This document shows, piece by piece, positions 28,774 through 40,654 of a stretch of 52,394 nt of DNA. Numbering within the stretch: the stretch's first letter is position 1; each line of letters opens with the position of its first letter. A program made the position numbers and the translations under genes. The notes under the pieces are model-generated. The model was not told the DNA's origin, made no database searches, and was given only the letters and a program-made list of their open reading frames with translations. Source of the stretch: Chiloscyllium plagiosum (Eukaryota); contig NC_057719.1 in the NCBI RefSeq assembly GCF_004010195.1, forward strand, positions 26,298,382 through 26,350,775. Direction: 5' to 3'.

Positions 28774-28978
28774 CATATTTTGTTAAGGTTTCAATTATTT
28801 TTATAATTGTTCAAACAAAAAAAAATCATACAGCAGGCTGAACAGAAAAACTTGCTGCAGCTGGCAGTTCTTGTAATCACAATAGGCATGTAGTTACCAC
28901 CCAATTCTCGGTGCTGCAAAAAGTGAGTAATGGAAGATTGAAGTGAATATAAACACAGATATCCTCTAATTAACTCAC

Positions 28979-29138
28979 CTGATACAGATCATACATAAAC
29001 ATCTGTCCCATCTTGTAAACTGGAATTGTGGCATAAATTGCACAATTTAAACCCAGCCTTCCAACAGCATAAGGAAGAGCTCCCAAGTGTAAGGGATCAG
29101 GATGAGAAAGGAGGATTGCATCAACCAAATGAACATAT
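28979..29138 (-). CDS. CPSF2: CPSF2 coding exon 2 ([26 protein letters not shown]...MYDLYQ)
   Basis: ORF 28970..29191 translation. Carries the degenerate MBL motif HPDPLH characteristic of CPSF100. ttgcAG/GTGAG boundaries, 160 nt, phase-consistent. Confidence 0.97.
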
Positions 29139-29619
29139 CTGCAACAAAAGTTACACTGCATTATAAGATTGTCACAACTAATTAACTTCATGTCTAATTG
29201 ATCATTTTACTCATATGAGAAAACACAAGTCTTTCTGAAAACTATACTTTTTAAATTGGCTCTCAGAAATTAAGCAACTGCTGATTTGAATTCAGGTCAA
29301 ATGCGAAACAAATCTGCAAAAATAGAGAATTGATAAGACTGCTACTGCTTTGTTTTTATTTTACTAAAATCAGACAACTTTTGAATCAAGATTTGCTAAA
29401 TTTCTGAGAAATGTAGTGGATTATGTTTTACCTCAGCACAACATACCATGCGATATATTGAACAATACTGTAGACTGGAACAGATATTTCAGTCTTAGGG
29501 ATAAATTAGGCAAAATTCAATGAAATTTGAGCTCAAGTACAGAGGCACCAGAACCATAACGAAATATTAAACGGTATGGATAAAATATAGTCAGATTACA
29601 ATGTCAAATTAAACCAAAA

Positions 29620-30400
29620 CCATAGAAACTAAAGATATAAATTGAACAAGGGCAACACTTATACAGTTAATGGAGAGCCCTGGGTAGTGCTGTCAAACAG
29701 AAAGACATAAGGGTTCAGGTACATAGTTCTTGAAAGTCACAGAAAGACAGAGTGGTTAAGAAGTCGCTTAACATATTTGCCTTCATTGCTCAGATCATGG
29801 AGCTGGGACGTTTTTTTTCAGCTGTACAAGACATTGGTGAGGTCATTTTTGAAGTACTGCTATAGGAAGGATAAAATTAAATTGGAGAGGGTTCAAAGAG
29901 ATTTACAAGGATGTTGGAGGGACTGGATTAGAATAGTTGTTTGAAGGGCCAGATGGCCTACTCCTGCTCCTGGTTCTTTTAGGGAGAGGCTGCATAGGCT
30001 GGGACTTTTTCCACTGGAACTTAGGAAGTTGATGGGTGACTTATAGAGGTTTATAAAATTGTGAGGTCCATAAATAAGGAGAGTAGCAAAGGTATTTTCC
30101 CTAGGGTACGTGTGTTCAAATATAGAATATATATTTTTAAGATAAGAAGAGAAAGATTTTAAAGCAGCCTGAAGGGCAACATTTTCACACAGTTCTTATG
30201 TGGAATGAACTGCCAGAGGAAGTTGTAGATGCAGATACAGTTACAACATTTAAAAGACATTTGTACAGATACATGAATAGGAAAGGTTAGATGCTTGTGG
30301 GTCAAATGCAAGCAAGTGGGACTAGTTTAGTTTGGGAAACTTGGTCGGCATGGACCAGTTGGACCTAAGGTTCTGTTTCCGTGCTTATGACCACAACTCT
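29620..30400 (+). mobile_element. 5'-truncated CR1 LINE 3' portion
   Basis: Reverse-complement match to the CR1 copy at 33430-34200; CR1 3' hairpin and tail. Confidence 0.85.
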
Positions 30401-30949
30401 AAATTACAGCCAGTAAAATGCAACTTCAAGACAGATGGAGGAAAAAGTATTTTTAACGTGGCCATGAAAATATTGATTTTATCGTAAGTATAGTTAGATG
30501 GAGCTTTTAATAAATGAAGGGTATACTTTTCAATGAACTAAATGATATTTTCATTGAATTTTCCTATGTCCAATAATGTTTGAAAGAAACTTTAGTTGAA
30601 AAATAGATAAAAATTTGAATCTGTCTCAAATGCTTGAATGGTGAGTAGTCTACATAAATTCACGGTTTCAGGTGGCACGCAAAAAATGGATATTTGGAAA
30701 AGGTCGTCAATGAATAAGTAAATAACATCATTTCTAATTGTGCTAGAAGATTCTATTACCTCAGTTGCACATTACAAAACCACTAGCTTTATCTTATGTG
30801 GACCTGGCATTCAGCCTCTCGATTCTTATCCAACAGACAATTAGATCAGGGCTGATCTGCACTTTAACTCACCTTTTCTTGGCATCTACTAATATTTTTA
30901 CTTGATAAAAGTCTATCAATCTAGATTTCTAAATGGGAGGACCAAAGCC

Positions 30950-31500
30950 GATACTTTCAGCCTCTGCCACAAACACTATTCCAAAACATCAACCCTATTC
31001 CCCTCCAGTTAGTGGCTTAGATTAACCCAGAACATCTGCAACTGCAGCTTCCTATTCAATCTTGGGCTGAGCTACCACTTCAACCACCAAAGTATCACCT
31101 ACCCTCCACCTCAGTTCATCTTCTGCTGAAACCCTCATCCATGCTCTTCTATATCCAAATTGCACTCCTAGAATGTTTATCCAAGTAGCCTCTCATTTTC
31201 CACTTTTTGTGAACCTGAGCTTGTCCAAAACACTGCTCCATCAATTTTAATACATGTTGTCATGTTCTCCCATTGCCACTTTCACCAAAAATGGCACATG
31301 ACCCAGTAACACATCAAATTTAGAATTTGACTCTATATGTCCAAGTTTCCCAAAGCCCGACTCATTCACAACTCTATAACTTCCTTCATTCCTACAATCC
31401 TTCAGGAATTTTGCATTCTTCCAAATATTATCTATTGTACATTACCAGTTTCTTTCAGCCCAGCATTTTGGGCCGAGTTTTCAAATATTTTGCATTAAAT
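30950..31500 (+). mobile_element. Decayed L2-type LINE fragment
   Basis: gctgaaaccctcatccatgct (AETLIHA), characteristic of the L2 RT C-terminus. Confidence 0.55.
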
Positions 31501-31528
31501 TATGTCATGATAAATAATAGTTTGCTTA

Positions 31529-31699
<171 letters not shown>

Positions 31700-33429
31700 T
31701 CACGCCTGGTAAAATGGAGAAAAATTGACACATTCAAATAACTTATAAGCATTTAAACAGTAGCAAATAAGAATCTTTAGATATCAATGCATTCAAAAGA
31801 TTACATTGAATATATGGTGCAGAAACCAAGTGCAACCAAGTCCAACTCAAACTTTCACCCACATCTAAATCTATTGATTAATTGATTGATTTATTGTCAT
31901 GTGTACCGAAGAACAGCAAAAAGCTTTGTTAACAAGCAGTACAGGCAGATTACAATAAGCAAGGATGCACAGATCAAAAGGACTTAGATAGAGGCATACT
32001 GGTTACATTTCAAGAAGGTGTGCGCGAGGCAAGATCAACACTAGCAAGATCAGCATTGTTTGAGGCCAGTAATTATTACAGATTTAGAATTTAAGTTTAC
32101 AAGTGTAGAATGCTTCTAAGAAATGTTCGAGTTCGATCTGCTGTAGGGAGCTCGCAAGGAGTCAGACAGTGTCAGCGCCATCTTGAATCAGGGACACCAG
32201 AAACATCATAACCTGTTATATGATTCTCCCTTACATGCTCATCTAGGTTCCCTCTAAATGCATCTACACTATTCGCTTCAACCAATATTATGCACTTATT
32301 TTAATTCAGTAGCTAAATTTAAAGTAATTTATTCTTATTTAAATTAAGTCCTGCCCAAAGATCTTTCAGCTTCAGTGATAAACGGTTTAACGTTTTGGTG
32401 TTACGCACAAAGGCCTGCAACTCTTAAAGATTACTGAAGAAGTGCAGCTTATAAATTTCATCTGCCACCGTCTCTTCTATCTTCCTAAAAGATTCAAAAT
32501 AATCACATTTTCTGGATGAGCTGTGAGATTAAGCCCGAACAGGCATATTAGGTACAAAAGTCAGTAAAAGAGGAGCACTGGGAACAATGTTTGCTGCTAT
32601 GTCAAGTTGCTACTACTGTAACCTTTCATTCCACAGAAATTTACATGGATTGTTATCCATTTCTTGATATCTACCTGACAATGAGTTACCCACCCTGCAT
32701 TCCAGGTCTTGTTTGGGTTCAACATTATTCCATGCTTTTGTATTCTACACCTCTAGCTTTAAAGAATTTGTTTTGCTTTCTTTCAAAAAGGGTTTACTTG
32801 TGTTATGATCTTTAGTTAACCAAGCTACTCCACAGTGAAGTTCCAACACTCATCCGTTCAAATATTACTATTTGAATTATATTTTACTTCCAAAATTTAT
32901 TGCTTCACATTTTTCCATATCTGCCAACTGTTGGTGTCAATCCATTTCACTAACCTATGACCTTCTGCAGACCTTCACAATTCTGTCATTATTTGACCAT
33001 GTGCTCAGCATTTTTGGATTTTTCTAGGTTTTTGTGGTGCAGCGGCAGTATCTTTACCACTGGACCAGGAGGCCCCATTTCAAGTCCCATCTGTTCCAGA
33101 GATGGAACTGAACAAGTTGATTAAAAATATCTATTTAGATATTCTTTCAGGTCTTTTATACAAAAGATAGATTTGAGAAACCCTAATACAGATCCCATGT
33201 CTATTAAACCCAATTATGATTTCTGTAAGCATGTTGTAAAATAAATAATTTTATTGAAAGTTATAGAGCTCTCACAATATTCCACCTTACTATAGAATTA
33301 CTTTTTATTAGTATTAATACAAATTAGCTCCTAGTAAGCACAGGTGTGCCACACTGTCAGCACAACTGACAATCCTAAATTCGTTGTCAGAGCAATTATT
33401 TAGCACACATTGTCAAATTTCAGAATCAT

Positions 33430-34738
33430 TTAGAGTCATAGAGATGTACAGCATGGAAACAGACCCTTCGGTCGAATCTGTCCATGCCAACCGGATATCC
33501 CAACCCAATCTAGTCCCACCTGCCAGTACCTGGCCCATATCCCTCCAAACTCTATTCATATACCCATCCAGATGCCTTTTAAATGTTGCAATTGTACCAG
33601 CCTCCACCATTTCCTCTGGCAGCTCATTCCATACACATACCACCCTCTGAGTGAAAATGTTGGCCCTTAGGTCTCTTTTATATCTTTCCCCTCTCACCTT
33701 AAACCTATGCCCTCTAGTTCTGGACTCCCCCACCCCAGGGAAAAGAAATAGGACTATTTATCCTATCCATGCCCCTCATGATTTTATAAACCTTTGTAAG
33801 GTCACCCCTCAGCCTCCAATGCTCCAGGGAAAACAGCCCTAGCCTATTCAACCTCTCCTATTGCTCAAATCCTTCAACCCTGGCAACATCTTGTAGATCT
33901 TTTCTGAATCCTTTCAAGTTTCACAACATCTTTCCGATAGGAAGGAGAGCAGAATTGCATGAAATATTCCAATAGTCGTCTAACCAATGTCCTGTACAGC
34001 CGTAACATGACCTCCCAACTCCTGTACTCAATACTCTGACCAATAAAGGAAAGCATACCAAACACCTTCTTCACAATCCTATCTACCTGCGACTCCACTT
34101 TCAAGCAGCGATGAACCTGCACTCCAAGGTCTTTGTTCAGTAACACTCTCAAGGATCTTACCGTTAAGTGTATAAGTCGTGCTAAGATTTGCTTTCCCAA
34201 AATGCAGCACCTCGCATTTATCTAAATTAAACTCCATCTGTTACTTCTCAGCTCATTGGCCCATCTGACTAAGATCCCATTGTAATCTGAGGTAACCTTC
34301 TTCTCTGTCCACTACACCTCCCATTTTGGTGTCATCTGCAAACTTAGTAATTATACCTCCTATGTTCACATCCAAATCATTTATATAAATGATGAAAAAT
34401 AGTGGATCCAGCACTGATCCTTGTGGCATGCCACTGGTCACAGGCCTCCAGTCTGACAAACAACCCTCCAACATCACCCTCTGTCTTCTACCTTTGAGGC
34501 AGTTCTGTATCCAAATGGCTAGTTCTCCCTGCGTTCCATGAGATCTAACTTTGTTAACCAGTCTCCCATGGGGAACCTTGTCGAATGCCTTACTGAAGTC
34601 CATATAGTTCACGTCCACCGCTCTGCCCTCATCAATCCTGTTACTTCTTCAAAAAATTCAATCAAGTTTGTAAGACATGATTTCCCATGCACAAATCACG
34701 TTGACCATCCCTAATCAGTCCTTGCCTTTCCAAACATA
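33430..34738 (-). mobile_element. 5'-truncated CR1 LINE (RT plus 3'UTR)
   Basis: ORF 34253..34618 has YMDFSKAFDKVPH, PQGSVL and KFADDTK; ctctatgactcta tail. Confidence 0.92.
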
Positions 34739-34739
34739 T

Positions 34740-34938
34740 GTTGTGCTGGAAAAGCACAGCAAGTCAGGCAGCATCTGAGGAGCAGGAAAATCAACATTTC
34801 GGCAAAAATCCTGATGAAGGCTTTTGCCCGAAATGTTGATTTTCCTGCTGCTCAGATGCTGCCTGACCTGCTGTGCTTTTCCAGCACAACTCTAATCTTG
34901 ACTCTAATCTTCAGCATCTGCAGTACCCACTTTTGCCT
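34740..34938. mobile_element. Penelope-derived family A palindrome with a decayed hammerhead (34805-34843)
   Basis: AAAATC-CTGATGA-AGGCTTTTGCCC-GAAATGTT-GATTTT; inverted arms. Confidence 0.8.
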
Positions 34939-35266
34939 AAACGTCTGTGTACCCACGTGAAAATATTTTACTCAGTTATGATAAAGGAATTACAAATTAT
35001 TGTACTTTTAATCAAAAACAGAAATTGTTGGCAAAACTCAACAAGTCCTGCAGCATCTGTGGAAAGAGAGTAAACATTGCTCTGGTGAATAATCACCGTA
35101 TCCCAAAACGTTAACTCTGTCTTCTCCCCACAGATGCTGCCAGATCTAATGTGTTCACCAGCAAAGTCTGCAGTTCTTTATTTCATGGTATTTTAAAAGT
35201 TGGTCACTCTAATGAAGTAGAGACAAATCACACGTCAACTCCACCACTTGGACTGAACTATACTGA

Positions 35267-35700
35267 CTAGGAGACAGTGAGGATTGCAGATGCTGGAGAT
35301 CAGAGCCAAAATGCGTGGCGCTGGAAAAGCAGAGCAGGTCGTTTCAGGCATAAGGTCGATTTTGCTGAAGCTCCTCGGATGCTGCCTGAACTGCTGTGCT
35401 CTTCCAGCACCATTGATCCAGAATCTGGTTTCCAGCATCTGCAGTCATTGTTTTTACCTCGTTTTAGGCATAAGCCTTTCCTGATGAAGTTAAAAATCAC
35501 ACAACACCAGGTTATCAGATGAAGAAGCGTCGCTCCGAAAGCTAGTGTGCTTCCAATTAAACCTGTTGGACTATAACCTGGTGTTGTGTGATTTTTAACT
35601 TTGTACACGCCAGTCCAACACCGGCATCTCCAAATCATGACTTTCCTGATGAAGGCTTTTTCTGCCTGACCTGCTGTGCTTTTCCAGCACCACACTTTTT
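35267..35700. mobile_element. Composite Penelope-derived cluster: family A copies with a family B copy (35490-35640) nested inside
   Basis: Outer TSD-like gactg(a/g)actata(c/t)tga at 35251-35266 and 35701-35716; inner perfect 14 bp TSD ctttcctgatgaag. Confidence 0.78.
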
Positions 35701-35951
35701 GACTGGACTATATTGATACAGAAGAACGGGTGCAGTCACGTTGGGTCAGCCCCTGTGCGTTTGAAAGTTTCTGGATGGGGAACATTTCTGAACAGAAGTG
35801 TGGAAACCTGTTGGGTGCCCAGGCGGGGATCGGGCGAAGAGACAGAGGGAGGGGGAGGTCTCTGGACTAAAATCCTCCACCGCCTGCTCCTAACACTTCC
35901 AGCGTTTAGTCTTGAAAACGTGACTCTTTCACAATTTAAAGTAGAACATAC

Positions 35952-36100
35952 CGGGGTTAAAATTAAACGCCGAGGCCGCTGCCCCGCGCCGTTTTGTGAG
36001 GGGGGGTGGGTGGGTGGGTTGCTCCCCTTCTTTCTCCTCAAAACACGATCCAAACTGAGGCTCCCGCTGCCCAGGCTGCCATCTTGCCTCCACTACGTCA
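35952..36100 (-). other. CPSF2: Probable non-coding first exon (5'UTR) of CPSF2; TSS approximate
   Basis: Lies in the GC/CpG-rich island. YY1-type AAGATGGC motif near the presumed TSS and a CCG|GTATGT donor at 35951. Confidence 0.6.
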
Positions 36101-36129
36101 GCGGGTCAGAGGTGAATGGACCCTACCAC

Positions 36130-36226
36130 CTCCCTCATTCACCCCCCGCTCCCGGGTGTGAGTGGACCTGCCGGTTGACCAGGTTGTACAGAGGAGGCCT
36201 CCTCAGGACCAGTGCTGCAGCTGAAG
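36130..36226 (+). other. NDUFB1: Probable non-coding first exon of NDUFB1; start approximate
   Basis: Strong donor AAG|GTGAGT at 36227 inside the island. The downstream coding exon has an acceptor only 4 nt before its ATG, so an upstream UTR exon is required. Confidence 0.6.
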
Positions 36227-36649
36227 GTGAGTGTGGGTCTAACTCCGCTCAGGCCGAACCCTGGCATCCCAGGTTTAGCCCAGACCTAGGTTTTCCTGGT
36301 CAGAATTCCTCCCCCGTCCCAACCGGATTGAGGGGAGGCGGGGTTCCCCATCACCTTCTCTCCCGCTGCAGAGGTCAGAGTCGGGCCCACTGCCTCTCAA
36401 ACACACCAGGGCCACCTGGATGTGAACATATATATTTTAAAATGTGCAGAAAGCACCCACCCACCCACAAACAATACGCAGGAAGGGAGGAGTGTGAGTG
36501 AATAAGTTCAGGTTATAAAATGAGGCAAATAAATACTAATGAGATTTCTTGGAGAAATGGGTAATGACCTATTTAGGGGAGACCAGGAGAGGAATTATGT
36601 GGATGGTTAATGTTTGAAAGTACAGGACCGAGGAAAAGAGATGGCCACG

Positions 36650-37022
36650 GAAGTTAGTTGCGTCAGTTTTTTGTTAAGAATTATTAATAGTTTGAGTTTA
36701 GAAGACTGACAGGTGACCTTATTGAAATTTATACAATTAGGGGGCTTGACAGGGTGCAACCAGGTTGTTTTTCCTATTGGGAGAGTCGAGGACCAGAGGG
36801 CATCATCTCTAGAGTAAGGAGTCGCCTATTTAAACAAGATGAAGAGGATTTTTTTTCTGAGGCTGATGAACCTATGGAATTCTCTACCACAAAGTTGTCA
36901 AGGCTGTGTTGTTAAATACAATGAAATCTGAGGTAGACAGGTTTCTAATCATTAAAGAAATCAAGGGTTATGGGGCTAAAGCAGGAAAGTGGTGTTGAGG
37001 ATAAACAGCTCAGTCGTTATTG
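36650..37022 (+). mobile_element. Decayed CR1-type LINE 3' end
   Basis: Similar to 540-900 and the other CR1 3' regions. Confidence 0.65.
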
Positions 37023-37024
37023 CA

Positions 37025-40000
37025 TCAAAAAAGTAGTGGACCCAGCACTGATCCTTGAGACACTCCACTGGTCACAGGCCTCCAGTCTGAAAAACAACCC
37101 TCCACCACCACCCTCTTTCTTATAGCTTTGAGCCAGTTCTGTATCCAAATGGCTAGTTCTCCCTGTATTCCGTGAGATCTAACCTTGCTAACCAATCTCC
37201 CATGGGGAACCTTGTCAAATGCCTTACTATAGCCCATATAGATCACATCTACAGCTCTGTCCTCATCAATTCCCTTTGTTATTTCTTCAAAAAGCTCAAA
37301 CAAGTTTGTGAGACATGATTTCCCACTCACAAAGCCATGTTGACTATCCCTAATCAGTTCTTGCCTTTCCAAGTACATGTACATCCTGTCCCTCAGGATT
37401 CCCTCCAACAACTTGCCCACCACCGACGTCAGGCTCACTGGTCTATAGTTTCCCGGCTTGTCCTTACCACCCTTCTTAAACAGTGGCACCACGTTTGCCA
37501 ACTTCCAGTCTTCTGGCACCTCACCTGTGGCTATCGATGATACAGTTATCTCAGCAAGAAGCCCAGCAATCACTTCTCTAGCTTCCCACAGAGTTCTCGG
37601 ATACATCTGATCGGGTCCTGGGGATTTATCCACCTTTATGCGTTTCAAGACATGCAGCACTTCCTCCTCTGTAATATGGACATTTTTCAAGATGTCACCA
37701 TCTATTTCCCTACATTCTATATCTTCCATATCCTTTTCCACAGTAAATACTGATGCAAAATACTNNNNNNNNNNNNNNNNNNNNNNNNNNNNNNNNNNTA
37801 AGTATACTCCTACTTCCTTTATACTCTTCTAAGGATTCACTCGATCCATCCTGTCTATACCTTGGATATGCTTCCTTCTTTTTCTTAACCAAACCCTCAA
37901 TTTCTTTAGTCATCCAGCATTCCCTATACCTACCAGCCTTTCCTTTCACCCTAACAGGAATATACTTTCTCTGGATTCTCATCATCTCATTCCTGAAGGC
38001 TTCCCATTTTTCAGCTGTCCCTTTACCTATGAACATCTGCCTCCAATCAGCTTTTTAAAGTTCTTGCCTAATACCGTCAAAATTAGCCTTTCTCCAATTT
38101 AGAATTTCACCTTTTAGATCTGGTCTATCCTTTTCCATCACTATTTTAAATCTAATAGAATTATGGTCGATGGCCCCAAAGTGCTCTCCCACTGACACCT
38201 CAGTCACCTGCCCTGCTTTATTTCCCAAGAGTAGGTCAAGCTTTGCACCTTCTCTAGTAGGTAAACAGTAAACAAATTTATCTCTATCTAAACCCTTAAC
38301 ACTATGGCAGTCTCAGTCTATGTTTGGAAAGTTAAAATCCCCTACCATAACTGCCATATTATTCTTACAGATAGCTGATATCTCCTTACAAATTTACTTC
38401 TCAATTTCCCTCTGACCATTAGGGGGTCTATAATACAATACCAATAAGGTGATCATCCCTTTCTCATTTCTCAGTTCCACCCAAACAACTTCCCTGGATG
38501 TATTTCCAGGAATATCCTCCCTCAGCACAGCAGTATTGCTATCCCTTATCAAAAATGCCACTCCCCCTCCTCTCTTGCCTCCCCTTTCTATCCTTCCTGT
38601 AGCATTTGGATCCTGAAACATTAAGCTGCCAGTCCTGCTCATCCCTGTGCCATGTTTCTGTAATTGCTATGATATCCCAGTTCCAATTTCCTAACCGTGC
38701 CCAGAGTTCATCTGCCTTCCCCGTTTAAGCCCCTTGCATTGAAATAAATGCAGTTTATTAGTCCTACTTTGTTCCTGCCTGCCCTGACTGTTTGACTCTC
38801 TTCTGTTCTCAACTGTACCAGTCTCAGATTGATCTCTTTCCTCACTATCTCCATGTGTACCCCCCCCCCCTTACTAGTTTAAATCCTCCCGAGCAGCTCT
38901 AGCNNNNNNNNNNNNNNNNNNNNNNNNNNNNNNNNNNNNNNNNNNNNNNNNNNNNNNNNNNNNNNNNNNNNNNNNNNNNNNNNNNNNNNNNNNNNNNNNN
39001 NNNNNNNNNNNNNNNNNNNNNNNNTCCTCAGCCATGCATTCATTTGCTCTATCCTCCTATTCCTGCCCTCACTAGCTTGTAGCACCGGGAGTAATCCAGA
39101 TATTACTATTCTTGAGGACCTTTTTAAATTTCTGCCTAACTCTCTGTAATCACCCTTCAGAACCTCAGCCTTTTCCCTTCCTATGTTGTTGGTTCCAATG
39201 TGGACAGTGACCTCTTGCAGGCCCCTCTTCCCCCTTGAGAACATTCTGCACCCTCTCGGGCATCCTTGATCCTGGCACCAGGGAAGCAACACACCATTTT
39301 GATTTTTCACTGCTGGCCACAGAAACATCTGTCTGTACCTCAGACTAGAGAATCCCCTAACACAATTAATCTCTTGGAACCTGACGTACTCCTCATTGCG
39401 TTAGAGCCAGTCTGAATACCAGAAACTTGGCTGTTCGTACTACGTTCCCCTGAGAATCCATCATCCCCTACATTTTCCAAAACAGCATACTTGTTTGAAA
39501 TGTGTATAGCCACAGAACACACCTGCACTAGGTGTCTACCTCTCTTACCTTTCCTGGAGTTAACCCATCTTTGTGACTGTATCTGAGATTTTCCCTATAA
39601 CTGCCATCCATCACATACTGTTGCTGTTGCAAATTCCTCATTGCTTCTAACTGTCTCTTCAACCGATCTGATAAGATTTGCAACCAACAGCATTTATGGC
39701 AGATATAATCTCAGTAACCCTTAAACTCTCTTTAAACTCCCACATTTGATGAGAAGCACATATCACTCTACTAAAGGCTATTTTTGCTCCTTCACAATCT
39801 CCAGACCCAGAAAATAATACTGTCTTATTCCTCTACAAAACACTGCCCCAGGTTAGATGAATAGTTATGGCTTATATTTTAAGTTTAATCAAGAGACATA
39901 TCTCAAAGAACATAATCAAGAAAAAAACCCACTCTGCTCACTACTGCAGACTTTCTGTAGGCCACAGTTAACGTATCTGATTCTGTACTGTGAACTTCGC

Positions 40001-40375
40001 CCAAACAGTTCATCCAAGATCAGTTGTGAATTTCACGGTTTGTTAATTTTCCCAGACGCACTCCAATGTCCAGCGATACAGAAATTCAAACAGCAAAGGT
40101 AGTACTGTGCAGGTACACTCTGATGTCAGTTTCTATTTTTCTCTCTCTCTCTCCTGCACTGACCTCACCATGTGCTTCCTTTGTATGTTCTTCTCCCTTT
40201 TAAAACTGCTGTTGTTTTGACTTTCTTTTCCAAAGTTCCAAAACAATGCAACAGCATATGAAACAGTAATTGCTGCTCCTAGAATTCGAGGAAATCACCT
40301 CCACACCTAAAATACCTTAAGAAAGGAGCAGCTGTTAACAGCCAGAAATTTTCCATCTTGGATTACCCAGAATCC
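37025..40375 (-). mobile_element. CR1 LINE 5' two-thirds: 5'UTR, ORF1 (SGNH/GDSL esterase), endonuclease and N-terminal RT; frameshifted and 3'-truncated
   Basis: LIVLGDSLV and VHIGTNNIG...IVISGLLPV (ORF1 esterase); RGGGVAFLI and YYRPP (AP endonuclease); 238 aa RT ORF 37025..37741. Confidence 0.92.
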
Positions 40376-40654
40376 CAGCGTTGCTGGCATCTGTCATGTA
40401 CTGAGATGTGGTCTTATGGATCAAGTCAGTTTTTTCTTCTCTCTGCACTTTATTTTCTGAATGACACAAGCTAGATATCCTCAGTGCCTGTGATTTTTGA
40501 GAAGAACTCTCAGTGCCTCCACCCAGAAAGAAGGATGAGTAGTAAGCTAATGCAGGAAGAGGAGAAAGCTAAAATGAGAGAAACAAATATTTTAATGGGA
40601 GGACTGTAACAGGTTGGCATGGATGAGTTGGACCGAAGAGTCTGTTTCCAAGCT

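Larger units (their letters stand above)
35940..36420. promoter_or_regulatory. CpG/GC-rich bidirectional promoter shared by CPSF2 and NDUFB1
   Basis: The most conspicuous non-repeat GC-rich segment, lying between two divergent genes. Contains GCCATCTT (YY1, 36078-36085), CTACGTCA (CRE/ATF-like, ~36093-36100), GC-box-like GGGGAGGCGGGG, and outward-facing splice donors on both strands. Confidence 0.8.

Noticed and set aside
29058..29110. Degenerate metallo-beta-lactamase motif (HPDPLH) as a sign of pseudogenisation
   Set aside because: This is the normal state of the catalytically inactive CPSF100, and the reading frame is intact across 13 exons.
35713..36501. 262 aa plus-strand ORF, the longest in the track
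   Set aside because: It starts at TTG, spans the GC-rich promoter where stops are rare, has low-complexity G/P/R composition and no recognisable domain.
37025..37741. 238 aa ORF (and the 231 aa ORF at 46819-47514) as host genes or active RTs
   Set aside because: They are frameshifted CR1 ORF2 fragments with damaged motifs.
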